From an uncultured Chloroflexia bacterium (lineage in GTDB: Bacteria > Chloroflexota > Dehalococcoidia > DSTF01 > JALHUB01), in contig CAVSBT010000031.1 in the NCBI GenBank assembly GCA_963726245.1, forward strand, positions 1 through 64,000: 64,000 bases of DNA, read 5' to 3'. The notes below the pieces were generated by a model, which saw only the letters and a program-made list of their open reading frames with translations, made no database searches and was not told the DNA's origin. Positions 56,092-64,000 of the stretch are shown here, in pieces. The translations under genes and the position numbers were made by a program. How positions within the stretch are numbered: position 1 is the first letter of the stretch; every line of letters begins with the position of its first letter.

Positions 56092-57791
56092 ATGAAAAAG
56101 AAAACTCAAAGCGTACTTACCTTCTTTGTCTGTGCAGCGATCAGCCTGCTGCTCACTACCGCTTGCGCACCTGCCGCCAAAACCGAGGCAACACAAGATC
56201 CTCTTGCCACAAAGGCTGCGGCGCCAGGAAAACAGGCTAAAACGCTGGAAGCTGGCCAGTTGCCTGTCCGCTTTCAGAAGCCGGCATATATGCTGGGAGA
56301 GACTTCTGCCCAAAATATTGGAACGGCGGGGGCCGAAGGCATTACAATTCCGGTTGGCGCCGATATTTCCTCCAATACCGGGCCGGTGGCGCTACGCGAT
56401 ATCATGAAACGGCTGGCCGCCTTAAAGGGCATGAACATCAGCTGGGCAAGCGATGTTGACCAGATGGCCATGGTGGATGTGGATATCCGGGCGGAGGACG
56501 ACTTTTTCAAATCACTGGACAATATCCTCCGCCAAAAGGATTATTTTCATGAAGTTCAGGGCAACTCCATTGTGGTCAAGTATCGGGAAACCCGAAAATT
56601 TCATGTGGCCATGCCATTTTTGAAATCCTCCTATAACACCGGCGTCGGCGGGGATGTGCTGGGAGGCGGCACAACTACAAGCGGCCTGAAGGGCAATATC
56701 CAGCTTACCAGCGAAAAAAACGATTTTGATATTTGGGAAAATATCAGGAAAAACCTCGACCAGATACTTGAAATCTGGGAGGAAACCACTCCTGCTCCTG
56801 TCGCAGCAAGCGTTGCGCCTCAAGGCGGCGCTCCCCAACCCCTCCCGCCGCCGCCCCTGCTGCCACCTCGACGACCAAACGCAATGTCCAGGCAGGAAAA
56901 GGGTATTACAGCATTGACAAGCCCATCGGGCTGATCACCGTGACCGCGCCGAGGCCCCTTGTTGAAAAGATTGCCGTCTATATTGAAAATTTAAAAACGG
57001 AACTGTATCGACAGATCTCCATCGAGGCGAAAATCGTTGAAGTTTCTATAGCTGATACCGAAAGCCGGGGCATCGACTGGACCCATTTCCTTTCCGGCAA
57101 GGCGCTTGATCTCACCCTGTTCGGTGCCCCTCCAGTAGCGCTTGCTTCCACCGCCAACGGGATTATCTATGATCCGAACCGCGATCTGCGAGGTCGGGCG
57201 GTGAGCCAAGTTTCTATTGGCCCTAATCCCTTTTCCCTTGCCCTGAATTTTCTCGACACCCAAGGGCAGACCACCGTGCTGGCCAATCCGAAATTGAGCG
57301 TCATGAACGGACAGCCGGGACTTATCACCGCAGGTGACAGTATCAAATATATCGACAAAGTAGAATCTCGAGTCGACGGAACAACAGGGGCAGTGACGTA
57401 CAGCATCACAACGGCAACCCTCATGTCCGGCATCGGCATGTCGGTGATCGGAACCATCTTGGACAATGATGAGATTATTCTCACCCTGACCCCGGTCACC
57501 TCAAAGCTCGATGCTGATGAGGTTAAATACAAAGATATTGGGAGTGGGACCAGCGCCAGCACTATCGGTGTTCCCAGAATTAAGTTACGGGAAATGAACA
57601 CCACCGTTCGCATCAAAAGCGGACAGGTTGTGGTAATTGGCGGCCTTATTGACAATGCAGAAACGACCGACGGGAGCAACAAAGTTCCCTTCTTTGGCGA
57701 TATTCCCCTTCTCGGCAAGCTCTTCTCCCACTCTGCCAAGTCCACCAAGAAAAACGAGCTGGTTATCATGCTGCAACCAAAAATCCTCTAG
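56092..57791 (+). CDS. Lipoprotein secretin (MshL/BfpB-like; one frameshift near 56850)
   Basis: Lipobox LLTTAC; QISIEAKIVEV..GIDW; LANPKLSVMNGQ; VVIGGLI..KVPFFGDIPLLGKLF..KNELVIMLQP. Confidence 0.9.
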
Positions 57792-57813
57792 CTTTTCTAG
57801 TTTTTAGTGCCAC

Positions 57814-57845
57814 AAAAAAGGCCCGGCAAATGCCGGGCCTTTTTT
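57814..57845. terminator. Bidirectional intrinsic terminator
   Basis: AAAAAAGGCCCGGCA-AA-TGCCGGGCCTTTTTT between the convergent secretin and secB genes. Confidence 0.92.
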
Positions 57846-57867
57846 GTTCATCAACTCTCCAAAACAT

Positions 57868-58344
57868 CTATTGCTGTTCCGCCGCCTTCTGCTTTTTTGA
57901 ATTTTCATACAGGGCATGAAAATTGATCGGCTCCATGAGAAAAGGGATAAACCCGCCATCCACCGAAACCTGGCTGATTATCTGTCGAGTAAACGGAAAA
58001 AGCAGGGCCGCGCATTCCACCGACAAGACCGGCGCCATATGCTCCTCCGGGATATTTTTCAGCAAGAACACCCCTGCATGCTCGACCTCAATGATAAAAA
58101 GCGTTTTCTCGGTTTGGCTGTTGGTCACTTTGGCGGTAATAGCCAGGGTGACCTCATAATGGTCTTCCGTCTCCAGCTTCCGGTGCTTCAGGCCCAGATT
58201 CACATCAACCTTGGGTTCGCCCTTGGCAAGAAAAACATCCGGAGCCTCGGGATTTTCAAAGGATAAATCCTTGAGGTACATCTTCTGCAACCGAAAAATC
58301 GGGGGTTGCGGGGCCTGAGCGTCCTCGTTATTTTGTTCCGCCAT
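57868..58344 (-). CDS. secB: Protein-export chaperone SecB
   Basis: YLKDLSFENP, EVEHAGVF, LLFPFTRQII..GGFIPFLMEPINF. Confidence 0.93.
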   Translation of the reverse strand: MAEQNNEDAQAPQPPIFRLQKMYLKDLSFENPEAPDVFLAKGEPKVDVNLGLKHRKLETEDHYEVTLAITAKVTNSQTEKTLFIIEVEHAGVFLLKNIPEEHMAPVLSVECAALLFPFTRQIISQVSVDGGFIPFLMEPINFHALYENSKKQKAAEQQ

Positions 58345-58458
58345 GATTCGCAATTCCTTGTCTGAGTCTGAGTTTCTGTATGGCAAACGCCACGTTTCAA
58401 CCTGCTTCTAAGTACAGCACTCCATGCTTGATGTGTTCACATTTGCCCTAAGCCGCTG

Positions 58459-58483
58459 CTTCGACAGGCTCAGCACGAACGGG
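58459..58483. repeat. REP-like element (CTTCGACAGGCTCAG family)
   Basis: CTTCGACAGGCTCAGCACGAACGGG; 15-bp core identical to 34404-34418. Confidence 0.6.
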
Positions 58484-58640
58484 ATATCAATGCGTCGAGA
58501 TAATGTCCATCGCCGTTGACACTGCACGCCATGACCTGTCCAAGGGCACTTTTTACGAACACTCCATTCTTTATAATGAAATATGCCGAAACTTCAACGG
58601 GTCTTTTACAATTTACGCCAAATCAACCGGAGAGCCACGG

Positions 58641-61501
58641 TTAGGATCTTTGCGCTCCGCACCTAAACCCTCCTGCCAGAATTTTGCTGAGAAATTGCCC
58701 GGTGTACGATTCCTCGACGCGGGCCACCTCCTCCGGGGTGCCTTGGGCGACAATGGCGCCACCCTGATCCCCGCCCTCCGGGCCGAGATCGATGAGATGA
58801 TCGGCGGTTTTGATCACATCAAGATTGTGCTCGATGATAACCACGGTATTGCCGCTCTCCACCAGACGGTTCAACACATGGAGCAGATGCTGGATATCGG
58901 CCGGATGGAGGCCGGTGGTCGGTTCATCCATGATGTACAGGGTTTTGCCGGTGCTCCTTTTGCTCAGCTCCTTGGCCAGCTTTATCCGCTGCGCCTCGCC
59001 GCCGGACAGGGTCACCGAGGACTGGCCCAGGGCAAGATAGGACAGCCCGACCTCCAGCAGGGTCTGCAGCTTGCCCTTGATCTGGGGAACCTTGGCAAAA
59101 AAGTCCAGGGCCTCCTCCACGTTCATGGCCAGGATCTCGGCGATATTCTTGCCCCGATAGGCGATATCCAGGGTATCATGATTGTAGCGTTTGCCGCCGC
59201 AGGCCTCGCAGGTCACATAGATGTCGGGCAGAAAATGCATGGCGATCTTGATCACCCCTTCGCCTTCGCAGGCCTCGCAGCGCCCCCCCTTCAGGTTAAA
59301 GCTGAAGCGGCCCGGCTGATAGCCCCTGGCCCGCGCCTCGGGCAACCGGGCCAGGAGTTCGCGCACCGGGGTAAGCAACCCGGTATAGGTGGCGGGATTG
59401 GAGCGGGGCGTGCGGCCGATGGGGCTCTGGTCGATGTCGATCACCTTGTCGATCTGCTCCAGACCCTCAAAGGCACAGCCTTTGCCGGATTGCCCCTCTG
59501 GGTGCGCGAGAATAATTGACCGCCCCCTTGAACAGGGTCTCGATCACCAGCGAACTTTTGCCCGAGCCGGAAACCCCGGTGACGCAGGTCATCAAGCCAA
59601 GGGGGATACGGACATCGATTTTTTGCAGGTTGTTGGCCGTGGCCTGCCGGATGGTGAGCCATCCTTTTTTCGAGGCGGGCCGTCGCCGCTTTTTGGGAAT
59701 CGGGATGGCCAGACGGCCGGAGAGATAGCCGCCGGTAAGGGATGCTTTATGGCGCAGCAGCCCCGCCACCTCGCCGTTGTAGACCACCTCCCCGCCGTGT
59801 ACCCCGGCGCCCGGCCCCATGTCCAGCACATGATCCGCCGCCCGGATGGTGTCCTCGTCGTGCTCGACCACCAGCACGGTATTGCCCAGATCCCGCAGCC
59901 GGGTCAGGGTGTTGATCAGCCGGGCATTGTCCCGCTGGTGCAACCCGATGCTCGGCTCATCGAGAATGTACAAGACCCCGGCCAGCCGCGAGCCGATCTG
60001 GGAGGCGAGCCGGATCCGCTGGGCCTCGCCGCCGGAGAGGGTTGCCGCCTTGCGGGCCAGCGAGATGTAGCCCAAGCCCACATCGTGCAAAAAGGTGAGC
60101 CGGTCAACAATCTCTTTTAAAATCCGCTCGGCAATGAACAGCTCCTGGGGTGTCCAGGCAAGGGATGGCAGGATTTCCATGAGCCCCCCGATACTCTGGC
60201 TGGTCAACCCATGGATATTCCACTGCCCGATTCGGACGGCCAGGGCTTCTGGCCTGAGCCTCGCCCCATGGCAGGCCGGACAGTCCTGCTCGTTCATGTA
60301 CTGTTCCAGCTCTTCCCGCACCGAGCCGGAGCCGGTCTCCAGATATCGCCGGGCCAGCTGCGGGAGAATCCCGGCAAAGGGCTTGCGGTGGGTATGCAGC
60401 CGGCGAAAACGCACATAGTCGAAGGACAACATCCTCAAAACCGCTCCCGTGCAGAATAACCTCCTTGGCCTGTTCGGGCAGTGCGGCAAACGGGGTATCC
60501 AGCGAAAAACCATATTGGCGGGCAAGCCCTGCCATGAGTTCCTGCGTATAGGTGGAGGGCGAGGTGCTCTGCCAGGGGAGGATGGCCCCCTGGTTGAGGC
60601 TGAGGCGCTGGTTGGGCACCACCAAATCAGGATCAAAAAACTGCTTCACCCCCAGTCCGCCGCATTCCGGGCAGGCGCCTTTGGGGTTGTTGAAGGAAAA
60701 AAGCTGGGTGCTCAGTTCCGGCAGGCTCTTGCCGCAACGGACACAGGCGGCATGCTCGCTGTACAGTATCTCCTTTTCGGCCTCCGGCAGCTGGACCAGC
60801 AAAAACCCTAAGCCCAACTGCACGGTGGTAGCCACGGAATCGGAGAGCCGCCTGGCCACCGAGGGCTTGATCACCAGCCGGTCCACCACCGCCTGGATGG
60901 TGTGGCGCTTGTTCTTTTCAAGGACGATCTCCTCGGCCAGATCGCGGATCTCCCCGTCGATCCGCGCCCGGACATAGCCCTCGCGGCGGAGTTTCTGCAG
61001 CACCGCCTGGTGCTCGCCCTTTTTCCCGTCCAGCAGCGGGGCCAGCAGGACGATCTTGGTCCCCTCCTCAAGGGCAAGCAGGCTTGCCACCATGTCCTGC
61101 ACGGACTGGGGCCGGATCTCCTCACCGCACTCCGGGCAATGGGGTCTGCCCACCCGGGCAAAGAGCAAGCGCAGGTGATCGTAAATCTCGGTGATGGTCC
61201 CCACCGTGGAACGGGGGTTCCGGCTGGTGGTCCGCTGCTCGATGGACACCGCCGGACTCAGCCCCTCCAGCGAATCCACCTCGGGCTTTTCCATCTGCCC
61301 CAGAAACTGGCGGGCATAGGTGGAGAGCGATTCCACATAGCGGCGCTGCCCCTCGGCATAGAGGGTGTCAAAGGCCAGCGAGGATTTGCCCGAGCCGCTC
61401 AAGCCGGTGAAAACCACCAGCCGGTTGCGGGGCAGATCCACGCTGATATTTTTCAGATTGTGCATCCGTGCACCACGGATGCTGATGTATTTCGGTTCCA
61501 T
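58641..61501 (-). CDS. uvrA: Excinuclease ABC subunit A (two frameshifts)
   Basis: [69 protein letters not shown]. Confidence 0.97.
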
Positions 61502-61512
61502 GCAATGCCAGC

Positions 61513-62844
61513 CTATCCCTTTCTTATCATTCGCGCTGCGAAAAAACCATCAAGTCCCTGCTCCGGGGTGGTACGGAGATATCCCGCCGAATCGACCAAC
61601 GAATGCGCGGCGTGCGGGAGATAGTCCCGCGCCGGGGTAAGCAGAAATTCCGGATGCTCCTGCATGAATGCGCTGATAACCTCGTCATTTTCAAGAGGAT
61701 CGGTGCTGCAAGTCGCATAGACAAGCACTCCTTCCTTTTCAAGCAGCCCGGCGGCGGTGGCCAGCAACTCCAGCTGCCGCGCCTGGTTACGCTGTAATCC
61801 CTCTACCGAACTGCTCCAGCGGATATCCGGCTGCCTCCTGACAACCCCCAGCCCGGAGCAGGGAGCGTCCACGAGGATGCCCTTAAAACGTTCCTGGCAT
61901 TGTTGCGCATACTGTTGCAGGGTTCCAGGATACAGCTCCGACGCTTTATAGCCAAGACGACAGAAATTATCTTGGAGCAACACTCTTCTCTTCTCACTGG
62001 GCTCAATCGCTACCAGACGGGCATTCTTCGAAAGAAGCTGAGCAAGGTGCAGGGCCTTGCCCCCAAGCCCGGCGCAGGCGTCAAGGTAGGAGCCGTAAGC
62101 AAACGGGGCGAGCAAATGGCAGACAAGCTGGGCAGCCTCGTCCTGTACTTGAAAAAACCCATCCCCGTATCCGGGCAGATCGGCCACGCTCCCCCGGAAA
62201 ACAGGAAGCCGTACCGCCTCCTGCGCAAACCTGCCGCGTTCGCATTCGATCCCGTTATCCCGAAGGAGACGGAGATACTCCTTCAAGGGAACCCGCGCCG
62301 TATTGATCCGCAGAACCAGCGGAGGCAACAGATTGTTTGCGGCACAGATCCGCACGGTGCGCTCCGTTCCGAATTGCTTCCGCCAACGCTCCACAAGCCA
62401 TTTCGGGTGGCTCAATACCGCGGCCGCATCATCTGGCGCGGCCAGGGATGCCTTTTCCCTGGCAATGGTTCGTAAAAGTCCGTTGACAAAGCCGCTAAGC
62501 CATTTGGGCTGCCCCGCCAGTTTCAGGGCCTGCACCGTTTCGTTGATGGCTGCGGATTCAGGAATCCGGTCCATAAAAAGCAGCTGATACACTCCAACCC
62601 GCAGGCCGGCAAGGGTAAGCGGCTTCATTTTCTTCAAGGGATGAGTGGAACTGCCGCTGATGGTCGCATCCAGATGTCCTTGCCAGCGGACAACCCCATA
62701 GACCATGGCCATGACCAACTGCCTGTCGCGTGGGTCAATGAAGCCTTTTTCGGCGGCACCACTTTCCAAAACCTGATCGAGGGGTTCCAGCGATTTCTCC
62801 CAGGCAAGGAGAGTTTCCATCGCGAAAAGCCGTGAGTTTTTCAT
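61513..62844 (-). CDS. rsmB: 16S rRNA m5C967 methyltransferase RsmB/Sun
   Basis: NusB-like N-term (FVNGLLR), [31 protein letters not shown]. Confidence 0.93.
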   Translation of the reverse strand: MKNSRLFAMETLLAWEKSLEPLDQVLESGAAEKGFIDPRDRQLVMAMVYGVVRWQGHLDATISGSSTHPLKKMKPLTLAGLRVGVYQLLFMDRIPESAAINETVQALKLAGQPKWLSGFVNGLLRTIAREKASLAAPDDAAAVLSHPKWLVERWRKQFGTERTVRICAANNLLPPLVLRINTARVPLKEYLRLLRDNGIECERGRFAQEAVRLPVFRGSVADLPGYGDGFFQVQDEAAQLVCHLLAPFAYGSYLDACAGLGGKALHLAQLLSKNARLVAIEPSEKRRVLLQDNFCRLGYKASELYPGTLQQYAQQCQERFKGILVDAPCSGLGVVRRQPDIRWSSSVEGLQRNQARQLELLATAAGLLEKEGVLVYATCSTDPLENDEVISAFMQEHPEFLLTPARDYLPHAAHSLVDSAGYLRTTPEQGLDGFFAARMIRKG

Positions 62845-63569
62845 GGAATTGTCAACCCGATCACCGATGCAAACCGACCGGTAATCCCCTCACGGCGATA
62901 GGAAAAATAATTCCCGTCGCAGACCGTGCAATTCCCTGCAATCTCGATCTGTTCAGCCCGGACCCCGCACTGGCAAAGCTGATCTCTGCTGATGGCCCAG
63001 AAATCAAAGTGATTGGGCCGCGCCTGATAGCCATGGAGGGCCGCTGGCAACTCTGTGCGGTAGTTGACAAACTCCCCGCAACATGGCCCCAAAGATGGGC
63101 TGATCGCGGCATGCAAGGCGGCTGGATGGGTGCCGTAGGATTCGGTCATGGCCGCCACGGTTTTGGCGACGATGTTCGCCACGCTGCCACGCCAGCCAGA
63201 ATGGATATTGGCCACTGCTCCGTGTTCAGGGTCATACAGCATCACCGCCTGGCAGTCGGCCTGCTGGATCATCAGGCCAACACCTGGCTGATCAGTCATC
63301 AAGGCGTCATAGCCTGAATGTTCCTCATCCGCATCCGGCATTCGACCCACAACCAGAATGCTGTCCCCATGCACCTGCCTCGCCGAAACCAAACACGACA
63401 GCTTAACATGTTCCTTGAGCACCACGCGATTCCGCAGGACCACGGCTTCATGATCACCGACATGCAGGCCAACATTCAGCGAATAATATGGGGCCTTGCC
63501 CTCGCCGCCATATCGCGAAAACGTAACGCAGGTAACGGCTGGGAGATGAGAAAAATAGGCGCGATGCAC
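62841..63569 (-). CDS. pgeF: PgeF/YfiH family protein
   Basis: SLNVGLHVGD, QVHG, ADCQAV, HSGWRG, PSLGPCC, CTVC..YFSYRR. Confidence 0.9.
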   Translation of the reverse strand: MHRAYFSHLPAVTCVTFSRYGGEGKAPYYSLNVGLHVGDHEAVVLRNRVVLKEHVKLSCLVSARQVHGDSILVVGRMPDADEEHSGYDALMTDQPGVGLMIQQADCQAVMLYDPEHGAVANIHSGWRGSVANIVAKTVAAMTESYGTHPAALHAAISPSLGPCCGEFVNYRTELPAALHGYQARPNHFDFWAISRDQLCQCGVRAEQIEIAGNCTVCDGNYFSYRREGITGRFASVIGLTIP

Positions 63570-63593
63570 AAAAATCCTGAATGAAATAAGGAA

Positions 63594-63619
63594 TAAAGGG
63601 GGGACACTCCCCTATTTTA
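63594..63619. repeat. Short palindrome-like end motif next to the transposase
   Basis: AAAGGGGGGACACTCCCCTATTT overlapping the transposase stop; GGGACAnTCCC-type motifs flank this class of Y1 transposases. Confidence 0.45.
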
Positions 63620-64000
63620 TACGAGGCCGCCCAGGTTTTCTTGGTTTGAGTGACTGATTCAACCTCAATTCCAGCGCGCCTATAAAACTTTCCGAACCAA
63701 ACGGGCGTCCGGTCCGAGTGGCCCTGCGGATAACATTATCAGACTCTTCATCCCCCGTGCGGACAAACTCGGCATACCTGCTTTGCTCCTGCAAAGAGAG
63801 CCAGGAGCTGGCACCCAAGAGCGAATCCGGCGTTCCGCTCATATGGGCTTTGGCGCTGGACCAGCGATAGGTCTCCGCACCCGTAGCCAGACCGGCCTTC
63901 AATGGATTACGTTCGATATAGCGTGCCACCGCCCACAGGTATTGATAGTTTTCAACCACGCATGAAAAAAAGCGATTCTGCCAGATGCGCCCGGATTGAT
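63612..64000 (-). mobile_element. REP-associated tyrosine (Y1/HUH, IS200-like) transposase, 3' part
   Basis: GRIWQNRFFS..YIERNPLKAGL..YRWSSA..TGRPFGSESF..RKPGRP. Confidence 0.88.

Overview
The window joins two unrelated genomic segments at about 40,895. Segment A (1 to ~40,895) is very GC-rich, roughly 70% by eye, and its gene content is most like Chloroflexota/Dehalococcoidia (inference). Almost every gene in it is broken by single-base indels that look like long-read errors. It carries gatA, an aminotransferase, suhB, trpS, argS, recG, degV/DAK2, rpmB, rpe, an argCJBD-G-H operon, nth, selD, a ROK kinase, CIRCE-controlled groEL and a truncated gltB. Accessory DNA is interleaved: a restriction-modification island with a Zn-finger nuclease, a MazF-type toxin-antitoxin (TA) pair, a diguanylate cyclase and several palindromic repeat families. 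Segment B (~40,895 to 64,000) is roughly 55% GC and Desulfobulbales-like (inference). It carries rpoD, dprA, topA, pyrBC, lepB, pilMNOP with a split PilQ/secretin, secB, uvrA, rsmB, pgeF and a RAYT-type transposase. The most notable signals are: (1) an apparently complete ribosome-mediated attenuator with a leaderless, Arg-rich 33-codon leader peptide upstream of argC; (2) two UGA/SECIS selenoprotein genes missed by the ORF track; (3) a palindromic element family that sits right after stop codons and is followed by a duplicate of the gene end; (4) a PilQ-like protein whose secretin barrel is replaced by TPRs. Boundaries of frameshifted genes are approximate.
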